Shown in pieces: positions 34,109 to 43,014 of a stretch of 64,000 bases of DNA. Under the pieces are notes generated by a model that did no database searches, was not told the origin of the DNA, and saw only the letters and a program-made list of their open reading frames with translations. The translations under genes and the position numbers were made by a program. Every line of letters begins with the position of its first letter. The first letter of the stretch is position 1. Origin of the DNA: Gemmatimonadales bacterium (lineage in GTDB: Bacteria > Gemmatimonadota > Gemmatimonadetes > Gemmatimonadales > GWC2-71-9); NCBI GenBank assembly GCA_036499125.1, contig DASYEH010000014.1, positions 53,156-117,155 of the forward strand. Direction: 5' to 3'.

Positions 34109-34536
34109 TCCTCCGTGGGACGCTGACGCTCGCGCTTCTGCGCGCCCCGTTTGCGTTTGGTATCGAGCCTGGCGCGCTTGGCAGCGCGTGACGGGCGGGT
34201 CCGCTTGCGAGCCTTCGGAATCACCAATGCTGCGGAGACGATCGCGGCGAATCGCTCCAGCACTGCCTGCCGGTTGCGGAGCTGGCTTCGCTCTTCCTGG
34301 GCAACCAGGCGCAGCTTGCCGGTCGAATCGAGGCGGGAGGCAAGCCGCGTCAGCAACCGGGTGCGGGTGGCGTCATCGAGCGACGGCGACGCCGCAAGAT
34401 CCCACACCAGTTCGATGCGGCTGGAAGAGGTGTTGACATGCTGCCCGCCGGGGCCGCTGCTGCGCGACGCCCGGAGGATCAGTTCCTCGCGCGGGATGGC
34501 GAGGATGTCGGAGACTGCAATCGGCTCGCCGGGCAT
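34105..34536 (-). CDS. arfB: Alternative ribosome-rescue factor ArfB (peptidyl-tRNA hydrolase, GGQ)
   Basis: RASRSSGPGGQHVNTSSSRIEL plus a basic C-terminal tail KARKRTRPSRAAKRARLDTKRKRGAQKR. Collinear with E. coli YaeJ. Confidence 0.85.
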   Translation of the reverse strand: MPGEPIAVSDILAIPREELILRASRSSGPGGQHVNTSSSRIELVWDLAASPSLDDATRTRLLTRLASRLDSTGKLRLVAQEERSQLRNRQAVLERFAAIVSAALVIPKARKRTRPSRAAKRARLDTKRKRGAQKRERQRPTEE

Positions 34537-34613
34537 GCCACGACGCTAATCGCGCGCCGCGCCAAGCGACAGGCCGTCACCGGGAATCGGTGCGATGGTG
34601 ACTAGTTTTCGGG

Positions 34614-35246
34614 ATGCGCTGCCTTGGCCGACTTCTCTCCCTGATGATCCTGGCATTGCTGGTCGCCGGGGCGTGGGTCTACCGGGACAATGTGCGACGG
34701 CTGGTCCACCAGACGCTGGGTACGGCGCCGGCGGTGAGCCCGGTCGGCCGGCCGACCCCGGCGGCGCTGGCGTCCGCCCATCACAAGCTCGACTCCCTGC
34801 GGGACTTTCACCGCGATTCGGTGCGACTCACCCCCAACGAGACGGCCGCCCTGCTGGCGGCGGGGTCGAGCGTCCTCCCGGGTTCGAGCTTTGATTCGAT
34901 CAGCATCGAACTGGGTGATCGGACCCTCAGGGTGCGGACCCTGGTCGACAGCGCCCGGATCGCGTCGCGGATCAGGGCGTTCATACCGGGGACGCCGTCG
35001 CGATATGAAGAGGTGATTGTCCGCGGCACGTTGACGCCCGTGCACGCGGGCCTCGCCGAGTTCGATGTCGAGCACGTCTCGCTGCACGGCATTCCGCTGC
35101 CGGTGGACGTGGTCACGCGCATCGTACAGGCGAGCACCGGTCGCACGCAAGGAACGACGCTCAACGTGGTGCTTCCCCAGGTGATCGGCGGCTTCCGGGT
35201 GCATCCCGATGGTGTGACGGTCTATCGCGACGGAGGACGGCCATGA
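34614..35246 (+). CDS. Membrane-anchored hypothetical protein
   Basis: N-terminal TM helix LLSLMILALLVAGAWVY. ATGA overlap with the downstream sigma-54 activator gene. Confidence 0.55.
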   Translation: MRCLGRLLSLMILALLVAGAWVYRDNVRRLVHQTLGTAPAVSPVGRPTPAALASAHHKLDSLRDFHRDSVRLTPNETAALLAAGSSVLPGSSFDSISIELGDRTLRVRTLVDSARIASRIRAFIPGTPSRYEEVIVRGTLTPVHAGLAEFDVEHVSLHGIPLPVDVVTRIVQASTGRTQGTTLNVVLPQVIGGFRVHPDGVTVYRDGGRP

Positions 35247-36628
35247 AGGGACGCATCCTCGTGGTCGATGATGAGCGGTCGATCCGCGACATCCTCGCTC
35301 AGGTACTCGGGTACGAAGGATACAGTGTCGCCAAGGCGTCGTCGGGTGGCGAGGCGCTGGCAACCTACCGCGCTCATCCGTTCGACCTGGTACTGCTCGA
35401 CGTCAAGATGCAGGGCATCGATGGGATCGACACCCTGCAGCAACTGCGCGAGCAGAATGCCGAGGCGCGGGTCGTGATGATCTCGGGTCACGGTTCGATC
35501 GCGACGGCCATGCAAGCGGTCAAGAGCGGTGCCTTTGACTTCCTGGAAAAGCCGCTCGATTCTGATCGCCTGCTGGTGACTGTCGCCCGCGCACTCGAGC
35601 ATGTGCGCCTGGTCGACGAAAACGCCCGGCTGCGTGACGGTCTCGCGCTCGCGACCGATGCCCGGTTCGCCATGGTTGGCACCAGTCCGGGCCTGGAAAA
35701 GATCCGCGAGCTGGTGGCGCGCGTGGCGCCGACCAACGCGCGAGTGATGATCACCGGCGAGAATGGCAGCGGCAAGGAACTGGTCGCGCGGTCGATCCAC
35801 GACGGATCGGCGCGGGCCAGCGGACCGTTCATCGAAGTCAACTGCGCTGCGATTCCTGCCGATCTGGTCGAGAGTGAACTCTTTGGCCACCTGAAGGGGT
35901 CGTTCACCGGCGCTGTCGCCGATCACCGTGGCAAGTTCGAGGCGGCTGACGGCGGGACACTCTTTCTCGACGAGATCGGTGACCTCGCGCTGAGCGCGCA
36001 GGGGAAGATTCTTCGCGCGCTGCAGGAGGGCGTCATCGTGCCGGTCGGCGGATCGCGAACCACGCCGGTCGACGTCCGCGTGATCGCGGCGACCAATCGC
36101 GACCTGACCGACGAGATCACCGCGGGGCGCTTTCGCGAGGACTTGTACTTCCGGCTCAACGTGATGCCGATTCACGTCCTGCCGTTGCGTCAGCGACTCG
36201 AGGATATTCCGGCGCTGGTCGCGCACTTCGTTGCGGTCCTCGGCGCCGGCCCTGGCATGGCGACCCGGGCATTCACCGCAGGCGCGCTGCGACGGCTGCA
36301 GCAGCGGCACTGGCCCGGCAATGTGCGCGAACTGCGCAACGCGGTCGAACGACTGCTGATCCTGGCGAGCGGCCCCGAGGTGACGGAGGACGACGTGGCG
36401 ACGGTGCTGCCGCCCGAGAGCAAGGCGCCCGATCCGGTGACCTTTGCTGCGGCGGCAACGGTCAAGTCGCTGGCCGAGTTTCGTGACGACGCGGAGAAGG
36501 TGTACATCGTGGCACGGTTGAAGGATCATCATTGGAGCGTGACCGACACGGCGCGCGCGTTGGGCATGAAGCGCTCCAACCTGTATCACAAGATCGTGAA
36601 ATACGGTATTGAACGGGAGCCGGTATGA
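35243..36628 (+). CDS. Sigma-54-dependent response regulator (NtrC family: receiver + AAA+ + Fis-type HTH)
   Basis: [15 protein letters not shown]...[57 protein letters not shown]-terminal [21 protein letters not shown]. Confidence 0.9.
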   Translation: MKGRILVVDDERSIRDILAQVLGYEGYSVAKASSGGEALATYRAHPFDLVLLDVKMQGIDGIDTLQQLREQNAEARVVMISGHGSIATAMQAVKSGAFDFLEKPLDSDRLLVTVARALEHVRLVDENARLRDGLALATDARFAMVGTSPGLEKIRELVARVAPTNARVMITGENGSGKELVARSIHDGSARASGPFIEVNCAAIPADLVESELFGHLKGSFTGAVADHRGKFEAADGGTLFLDEIGDLALSAQGKILRALQEGVIVPVGGSRTTPVDVRVIAATNRDLTDEITAGRFREDLYFRLNVMPIHVLPLRQRLEDIPALVAHFVAVLGAGPGMATRAFTAGALRRLQQRHWPGNVRELRNAVERLLILASGPEVTEDDVATVLPPESKAPDPVTFAAAATVKSLAEFRDDAEKVYIVARLKDHHWSVTDTARALGMKRSNLYHKIVKYGIEREPV

Positions 36629-37077
36629 CCGAACCGCGCAACTGGGACAAGGAACTCGCGGACATTGATCGGGTGATCGCGGCCGACAAGGTGGTTCCCG
36701 CCGGCATGCCTGCCCGCGCTGGCGCCCCGGCGCCGCCGCCGAGTGGTCGCGGCGGGCCGCCATCGGGGTCCGCGCCGCGCAAGCGCGACCTGGCATGGGT
36801 CTGGCTGCGCGTCGTGGTTGGCATCGCCGCTGCGGTGGCGCTGCCGTTCTGGCCGCGAAGTCACACCTGCGGCCTGGACCTCTACCTCTATCTTGCGGCG
36901 ACGGCGGTCGTCACGCTCTGGGGCGTGTGGATCATGCACGGCGCCTGGAAGCATCGCCGTGCCGTTGCTCATGTAAGTGGCTTGCTGGTGTTCCTGGCGG
37001 GCCTGGTATTTATCGCCATACCGATCGCGCAGCGCACCAGCTTTGCTGCGGCGCGGCTGACCTGGACCTGTCCCTGA
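36625..37077 (+). CDS. Membrane protein, unknown function (Pro/Gly-rich linker plus 3-4 TM helices)
   Basis: ATGA overlap with the activator gene. TM segments WLRVVVGIAAAVALPFW, LYLYLAATAVVTLWGVWIM and GLLVFLAGLVFIAIPIA. Confidence 0.5.
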   Translation: MTEPRNWDKELADIDRVIAADKVVPAGMPARAGAPAPPPSGRGGPPSGSAPRKRDLAWVWLRVVVGIAAAVALPFWPRSHTCGLDLYLYLAATAVVTLWGVWIMHGAWKHRRAVAHVSGLLVFLAGLVFIAIPIAQRTSFAAARLTWTCP

Positions 37078-37092
37078 CCTGAGTATCTCCAG

Positions 37093-38583
37093 ATGACCAA
37101 GACATTCAAGAACTTCATTGGCGGCGCGTGGGTGGCTCCTTCCACCGGCCGCTATTTCCAGAACCGGAACCCGGCCGACACCAACGACCTGATCGGTCGC
37201 TTTCCTGATTCGGGTCCGGCCGACATCGCTGCCGCCGTCAAATCGGCGCAGGCGGGGTTTGAACAGTGGTCGCGCACGCCCGCGCCGTTGCGGGGCGAAG
37301 TGCTGCGGCGCGTGGGCGACCTCCTGTCGGTCCGCAAGGACGAAATCGCCGACGCCATGACCCGCGAAATGGGGAAGGTGCTCGCCGAGACGCGCGGTGA
37401 TGTGCAGGAAGGAATCGACACGGCGTACTATGCCGCGACGGAAGGGCGTCGCCTCTTTGGCCGCACGGTTCCGTCTGAGCTGCGTCGCAAGTGGGCGATG
37501 ACGATGCGCCGGCCGCTGGGCGTCTGCGGGTTGATCACGCCGTTCAACTTTCCAATGGCAATCCCGACCTGGAAGAGCTTCCCGGCGCTGCTGTGCGGCA
37601 ACGCCATTGTGCTCAAGCCATCGGAAGATGTGCCGCATACAGCCCACCTGCTGGTCGAGGTGCTGCTCGAAGCGGGGCTGCCGCCGCAGGTGATCCAGCT
37701 GGTGCACGGTGGCGAAGCGGCCGGGCGTGCGCTGGTCGACCACCCGGGCGTGCCAGCGATATCGTTTACCGGTTCGACTGCCACCGGTTCAGCGATTGGC
37801 CAGAGCTGTGGCCGGATGCACAAGCGGTTGTCGCTCGAGATGGGTGGCAAGAACGCGATGATCGTGATGGACGATGCCGATCTCGACCTGGCGCTCGAAG
37901 GGATCCTCTGGGGCGCCTTTGGCACTACCGGCCAGCGCTGCACCGCCACGTCGCGGCTGATCCTGCACCGGCGCATTCACGACAAGTTCGTCAATCGCCT
38001 GGTCGATGCCGCGGAAGCGTTGATCCTTGGCGACGGGCGCGATGGACGTTCGCAGGTCGGGCCATTGATTCATGAGGCCGCTCGCCAGAAGGTCGAGAGC
38101 TATCTCGACCCGGCCGTCGTCGGTGATGCCGAGGTGCTCTGTGGTGGTGCGCGCCCGAAAGGGAAGCGGACCAGCAGCGGGTACTTCTACAAGCCGACGG
38201 TGATCGCCGGTGTGAAGCCGGGGACGCGCCTCGCGATGGAAGAGATCTTCGGTCCAGTGCTCAGCGTCATCAAGGTCGGGTCATACGAACAGGCCGCCCG
38301 GGTCAACAACGAAGTGAAGTACGGGCTGTCGAGTTCGATCTATACCAATGACGTGAACCTCGCCTTCCGGGCGATGGATGACCTGCAGAACGGCATCACC
38401 TACGTCAACGCGCCGACGATCGGAGCGGAAGCGCACTTGCCGTTTGGCGGCGTCAAGCAGACCGGCAACGGGCATCGCGAAGGCGGCTGGGAAGTGTTTG
38501 ACTTCTATTCCGAGACCAAGGTCGGTTACATCGACTACTCCGGCACGCTGCAGCGGGCGCAGCTCGACACCTACGACATCTGA
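37093..38583 (+). CDS. NAD(P)-dependent aldehyde dehydrogenase family protein
   Basis: FNFPMAIPTWKSFPALLCGNAIVLKPSE, LEMGGKNAMIV, GQRCTATSR, EEIFGPVL. Confidence 0.9.
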   Translation: MTKTFKNFIGGAWVAPSTGRYFQNRNPADTNDLIGRFPDSGPADIAAAVKSAQAGFEQWSRTPAPLRGEVLRRVGDLLSVRKDEIADAMTREMGKVLAETRGDVQEGIDTAYYAATEGRRLFGRTVPSELRRKWAMTMRRPLGVCGLITPFNFPMAIPTWKSFPALLCGNAIVLKPSEDVPHTAHLLVEVLLEAGLPPQVIQLVHGGEAAGRALVDHPGVPAISFTGSTATGSAIGQSCGRMHKRLSLEMGGKNAMIVMDDADLDLALEGILWGAFGTTGQRCTATSRLILHRRIHDKFVNRLVDAAEALILGDGRDGRSQVGPLIHEAARQKVESYLDPAVVGDAEVLCGGARPKGKRTSSGYFYKPTVIAGVKPGTRLAMEEIFGPVLSVIKVGSYEQAARVNNEVKYGLSSSIYTNDVNLAFRAMDDLQNGITYVNAPTIGAEAHLPFGGVKQTGNGHREGGWEVFDFYSETKVGYIDYSGTLQRAQLDTYDI

Positions 38584-39083
38584 TGCCGTCCTCTTCGTTT
38601 GACGTATCCACGGGTGCCGACCTGCAGGAGGTCGACAACGCCGTCAACCAGGCGATCAAGGAGATCGTCGGTCGGTACGATTTCAAGGGGACGCACTGCA
38701 CCATCGAGTTCGATCGCACGGCAGCCACGATCGCGCTCCTGGCCGACAACGAGTTCCTGATGGAGGCGCTGCAGGATGTGGTGCAGGCGCGGCTGATCAA
38801 GCGCGGCGTGCCGACCAAGAATCTCAAGGTTGGCGATCCGATCTTCGGGTCGGCCGGGTCGGTCCGGAAGGTGATCACGCTGACGCAAGGGATTCCGACC
38901 GATACTGCCAAGAAGATCCAGCGGGCCATCAAGGACGGCGGCTTCAAGAAGGTGACGGCCGCCATTCAGGGAGAGGAGTTGCGGGTGACATCGCCATCGC
39001 GCGACGAGTTGCAGGCGGTGATTGCCTTCCTGCGGGGTGAAGACTTCGATGTCGAGCTCAAGTTCGGCAACTATCGCGGGTGA
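38583..39083 (+). CDS. yajQ: YajQ-family nucleotide/c-di-GMP-binding protein (UPF0234)
   Basis: MPSSSFDVSTGADLQEVDNAVNQAIKEIVGRYDFKG...IQGEELRVTSPSRDELQAVIAFLRG is collinear with E. coli YajQ. Confidence 0.85.
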   Translation: MPSSSFDVSTGADLQEVDNAVNQAIKEIVGRYDFKGTHCTIEFDRTAATIALLADNEFLMEALQDVVQARLIKRGVPTKNLKVGDPIFGSAGSVRKVITLTQGIPTDTAKKIQRAIKDGGFKKVTAAIQGEELRVTSPSRDELQAVIAFLRGEDFDVELKFGNYRG

Positions 39084-40330
39084 GGAGCATGTCCCGGCGC
39101 CGGTGGCGATCGGTGATCGCCGGTGCGGTACTGATGCTCGCCTGTGCCCAACCCGATGTCGCGCCGGCGCCCGCCGCCGTGCCGGTGGCGAAGGCCCCGG
39201 AGATCCGGATCGGATTGCTGGTCAACGTGCGCCACGCCACCATCGGTGGCGGCGGCGCATTTCGCGTCAGCGACCCCGATGAGGGAGAGCTCACCGCGTA
39301 CCTCCCCGGCACGCAGCTCGATGTGGGTGCGTCGCGTGGCGATGTGGTGCTGACCGGCGACGTCCGGCCGCTGGAGCGCGCGGTCTTCCTGGTCGAGGCA
39401 GTCGATTCCGACGCGGTGATGCGGGTCAACGGCCACGACTATCAAGGATCGATCGAGCTGCGCGCCTCGGACAGTGGCCTGGTGGTAATCAATCACGTCT
39501 CGCTGGAGGATTACCTGGTCGGTGTCGTTGGCGCCGAACTCGGGCGTCGCGCCCCAGGCGACGAAGAGGCACTCAAGGCGCAGGCGGTGGTCTCCCGCAC
39601 CTATGCGCTGCGTAACCAGGGGCGCTACAAGGACCGTGGCTTCGACCTGATGAGCAGCGTGAACGATCAGGTGTACGCGGGGCAGCTCACTGACAACGCA
39701 ATGGCCGCGGCCGCAGTGCGCGCGACGCGCGGTGAAATTGTCGCCGTCAACGGCCAGCCGATCGACGCGTTCTTTTCGTCGACGTGCGGCGGGCGCACCG
39801 AAGACGGGACGGCGGCCTTCGCCGGAGCTTCGCGTCCCTACCTCCAGTCGGTGGACGACCTTGACCCATCGGGGATCCCGTGGTGCGCGATCTCGCCGCG
39901 TTTCCGCTGGACGGCGACCTGGAGTGGCGCAGAGTTGGCGAATACGCTACGTCGCACCCTGGCGGCGGAGCACCTTCCGGGAGGTGCGGCAACCGGGTTG
40001 TCGGCGGTGCAGATTGGCGGGCGCACCGCGACTGGCCGAGTGGCGACCATCACGCTGGTGGGGCGCGGCGGCCGGACTGTCGTCTCGGGCCAGGCGATTC
40101 GGCGGGTGCTGTCGCCGCTGGAAGGCGGCCTGCTCAGGAGCACGGATTTCACGTTGCGCCTGACACGGTCAGGAAGTCAGCTCGAACGGGTCGATATCGA
40201 CGGGCGCGGCAATGGTCACGGTGTCGGGATGTGCCAGTGGGGGGCGATTGGCCGATCGCGTGCCGGGCAGGATTACCGGACGATCCTGGGCAGCTACTTT
40301 CCGGGCACGGATGTTCAACAAGCGTACTGA
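39080..40330 (+). CDS. SpoIID/LytB domain-containing protein
   Basis: SLEDYLVGVVGAELG...EALKAQAVVSRTYAL, DQVYAG, FFSSTCGGRTED, HGVGMCQWGA. Start is ambiguous (GTG 39080 or ATG 39089). Confidence 0.85.
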   Translation: MRSMSRRRWRSVIAGAVLMLACAQPDVAPAPAAVPVAKAPEIRIGLLVNVRHATIGGGGAFRVSDPDEGELTAYLPGTQLDVGASRGDVVLTGDVRPLERAVFLVEAVDSDAVMRVNGHDYQGSIELRASDSGLVVINHVSLEDYLVGVVGAELGRRAPGDEEALKAQAVVSRTYALRNQGRYKDRGFDLMSSVNDQVYAGQLTDNAMAAAAVRATRGEIVAVNGQPIDAFFSSTCGGRTEDGTAAFAGASRPYLQSVDDLDPSGIPWCAISPRFRWTATWSGAELANTLRRTLAAEHLPGGAATGLSAVQIGGRTATGRVATITLVGRGGRTVVSGQAIRRVLSPLEGGLLRSTDFTLRLTRSGSQLERVDIDGRGNGHGVGMCQWGAIGRSRAGQDYRTILGSYFPGTDVQQAY

Positions 40331-40345
40331 AGAGCGAGGCGCTAC

Positions 40346-41359
40346 ATGGCGGAGCGGTTGCGGCTGGGAATCGTCGGCGCGGGGGCAGTCACCCAGGTCG
40401 GGCATTTGCCGGCGCTCAAGCGGATGCGCGACATCGAAGTGGTTGGCATCTGCGACACCGACCTGCCCAAGGCGCGCGCCCTCGCCGACCGCTTCGGCGT
40501 TCCCGATGCGTTCACCGATATCGAAGAGTTGCTCGAATACGAAGAGGCGCTCGACGCGCTGCTGATCTGCACGCCGAGTCACCTGCACGAATCACATATC
40601 CAGGCAGCGCTGGCCGCTGGTGTTCATGTACTGGTTGAGCGGCCGATGGCGTTGACGCCGGCGGGTGCTGCCAAGCTGATCAAGCTCGCGCAACGCCGGG
40701 AGCGAGTGCTGATGGTGGGTGCCAATCACCGCTATCGTCCTGACATCCAGCAGATTCGCTCGTTCGTGCAGAGTGGCGAGCTCGGCGATCTCGAATCGAT
40801 TCGTGCGTCGTGGTTCATGGCGCGCGCGGGTCGCACTGGTCTTGGCTGGCGGCAGAAGCGCGAGCTCGCCGGCGGCGGTGCGATGCTCGACCTCGGCCTG
40901 TCGCTGCTCGACCTGTCGCTCTGGCTCACCGGCTACCGTCCCGTCGAGCGCGTCGTCGCCGCGTTCCCGCCTCGCGGCCGCGAGCAGGCGATCGAGCCGT
41001 CAGGCACCGCGATGCTGGTGCTTGAAGGCGGGGTGTCGGTGCAACTCGATGTGTCCTGGCGCTATGTCGGGCCCGGAGAGCGGCTGGCCTTTGAAGTGCG
41101 GGCCTCTCGCGGGTCGGCCGGCATCAATCCGCTGGCGATCTGGAAGGACTTCCACGGTGTGGCCCAGGATGTGGTGTCGTCGGGAGCGCACTCGCGCGAG
41201 ACACCGTTCACGCTGGGGTTGCGGGCGCAGTGGGCGCACTTCGTGGCGGCCGTCCGGCAGGAGTCGCCAGCGCCGTCGCTGCAGGAACAGGTCACGCTGC
41301 TCAAGGTGATGGACGCGATCTATGCCTCGGCGGAGCAGGGAAAGGCCGTCACTCCTTGA
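40346..41359 (+). CDS. Gfo/Idh/MocA-family oxidoreductase
   Basis: LRLGIVGAGAVTQVGHLPALKRMRDIEVVGICDTDLPKARALADRFG Rossmann N-terminus, plus VLVERPMA. Confidence 0.85.
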   Translation: MAERLRLGIVGAGAVTQVGHLPALKRMRDIEVVGICDTDLPKARALADRFGVPDAFTDIEELLEYEEALDALLICTPSHLHESHIQAALAAGVHVLVERPMALTPAGAAKLIKLAQRRERVLMVGANHRYRPDIQQIRSFVQSGELGDLESIRASWFMARAGRTGLGWRQKRELAGGGAMLDLGLSLLDLSLWLTGYRPVERVVAAFPPRGREQAIEPSGTAMLVLEGGVSVQLDVSWRYVGPGERLAFEVRASRGSAGINPLAIWKDFHGVAQDVVSSGAHSRETPFTLGLRAQWAHFVAAVRQESPAPSLQEQVTLLKVMDAIYASAEQGKAVTP

Positions 41360-42597
41360 GGCGGTGGCTGCTGGCGTTGCTGCTGGTACTCGCGCCTGCT
41401 GGGGCCCGGGCGCAGGCCGAACCGGGCGCCAACCTGCGGATCTACCTGCTGACCGCCGGTCCTGGCGACGCGATCTACGAACGCTTCGGCCACAACGCGA
41501 TTCTGGTCCGCGACACGGCGACTCGCCAGGATTCCGTCTACAACTTCGGCACCTTCGAGATCCCCGAGGGACTTGGAGGTCTGCTGAGCTTTGCCTGGCA
41601 GTTTGCGCGGGGCACGCCGCACTACTGGCTCGGTGAAGACGACATGCAGGAGACGATGGCGACCTTTACCGAGCGCCATCGCAACCTCACCGCCCAGGAA
41701 CTGAATCTCACGCCGGCGCAGCGCATCGACCTTGCGACCCGCCTGGCAGTGAACCTGCGCCCCGAGAATCGCACCTACGTTTACGACTACTTCCGCGACA
41801 ACTGCTCGACCCGGGTGCGTGACGTGCTCGATGCTGTGCTCGGCGGGACGCTCAGGCGTGCGACGCGCGATCACCTGACCGCGCACGGCTATCGCTATCA
41901 CACGCTGCGCTCGCTCGACAACACGCGGCTGATCATGGTGGGAATCGACGCGTCGTTCGGCGCACCGGCCGATCAACCGATCGATCAGTGGCAGGAGATG
42001 TTCCTGCCGCAGAAGCTGCATGACCGTATTGCCGAGCTGCGGGTACCAGGAGCAGACAGCGGCACGTCATTGCCGCTGGTCAAGGCAGAGTTGCCGTTAC
42101 TGACGTTCAGCGAGTACCGCGTCGAGTCCGCGCCTCCGCATTGGCTGCGGTGGTTGCCGGGCGGCGGTGTGCTGTTGGCGTTGCTCATCGTGCTCGGCCT
42201 GCGACGGGACGGGTTCGGTAGCGCGGGACGCGTCGTTGCCAGCATCTGGCTGCTCGTGGCAGGGTTTGCTGGCCTGACCTTGGCGTTTTTCTGGCTGGGC
42301 ACCAACCAGGTCTTCACGTATCACAACGTCAATCTGTTTTTTCTCAACCCGATTGACCTGTTGCTGATTCCGGTCGTGTGGATGGCCCGACCGCTGGCGC
42401 CGAGCCGCTGGCGCGATGGCCTTATCGGCCTGGTCATGGTGGGGACCGTGGTGGGCGGCGGGCTCCTCGCGCTGAGCCTTCCCGGCCATCAGGACGCGGT
42501 CGTCGGGCTCACGGCGATGCTGCCGACCCTGGCGGCTGCGGTGGTGGCAGGGCGGGGTCGGGAGGCGGTTGTGATGCCGGTGTCGTCGGGGTTCTGA
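41356..42597 (+). CDS. DUF4105 (Lnb N-terminal-like) domain membrane protein
   Basis: TTG at 41356 overlaps the previous stop (TTGA). Signal peptide LRRWLLALLLVLAPAGARAQ. IYLLTAGPGDAIYERFGHNAILVRD is the DUF4105 hallmark. C-terminal TM helices. Confidence 0.7.
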   Translation: MRRWLLALLLVLAPAGARAQAEPGANLRIYLLTAGPGDAIYERFGHNAILVRDTATRQDSVYNFGTFEIPEGLGGLLSFAWQFARGTPHYWLGEDDMQETMATFTERHRNLTAQELNLTPAQRIDLATRLAVNLRPENRTYVYDYFRDNCSTRVRDVLDAVLGGTLRRATRDHLTAHGYRYHTLRSLDNTRLIMVGIDASFGAPADQPIDQWQEMFLPQKLHDRIAELRVPGADSGTSLPLVKAELPLLTFSEYRVESAPPHWLRWLPGGGVLLALLIVLGLRRDGFGSAGRVVASIWLLVAGFAGLTLAFFWLGTNQVFTYHNVNLFFLNPIDLLLIPVVWMARPLAPSRWRDGLIGLVMVGTVVGGGLLALSLPGHQDAVVGLTAMLPTLAAAVVAGRGREAVVMPVSSGF

Positions 42598-42605
42598 GGT
42601 CGGCG

Positions 42606-42676
42606 ATGGACATTGGACGCTGGACAATGGACGCTGGACAATGGACGATGGACGATGGACGATGGACGATGGATGG
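42606..42676. repeat. Heptanucleotide tandem array, about 10 units of (A/C)TGGAC(A/G)
   Basis: atggaca ttggacg ctggaca atggacg ctggaca atggacg x4 atggatg. Starts 9 nt after the DUF4105 stop, in the 183-bp spacer before rpmE. Confidence 0.9.
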
Positions 42677-42780
42677 CGGAACCGGCGGCGGCTGGATTCC
42701 GTTCCTGATTGGACCAGATTAGCTTGTCGGTTCTCATGGCGCCGCTGTGGCCCATGGCTCTCCAAACTGTGAGATATCCA

Positions 42781-43011
42781 GTGAAGCCGAACGTGCATCC
42801 CCTCTACGACACCATCACGGCCCATTGCCAGTGTGGCAATACCTTCGAGACCCGCAGCACCGCCGGCAAGGGGATCAGCGTCGAAGTGTGCGCCCAGTGT
42901 CACCCGTATTTCACCGGCAAGCAGCGCCTCGTCGACACGGCTGGCCGCGTCGATCGCTTCCGTCGCAAGTATGCGACTGGTGCGCCGGCGGAAACGCCCG
43001 CCAAGAGCTGA
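42781..43011 (+). CDS. rpmE: 50S ribosomal protein L31 (Zn-ribbon type)
   Basis: VKPNVHPLYDTITAHCQCGNTFETRST...VEVCAQCHPYFTGKQRLVDTAGRVDRFRRKY. GTG at 42781 was chosen because L31 normally starts about MK..IHP; ATG at 42754 is possible. Confidence 0.85.
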   Translation: MKPNVHPLYDTITAHCQCGNTFETRSTAGKGISVEVCAQCHPYFTGKQRLVDTAGRVDRFRRKYATGAPAETPAKS

Positions 43012-43014
43012 GCC

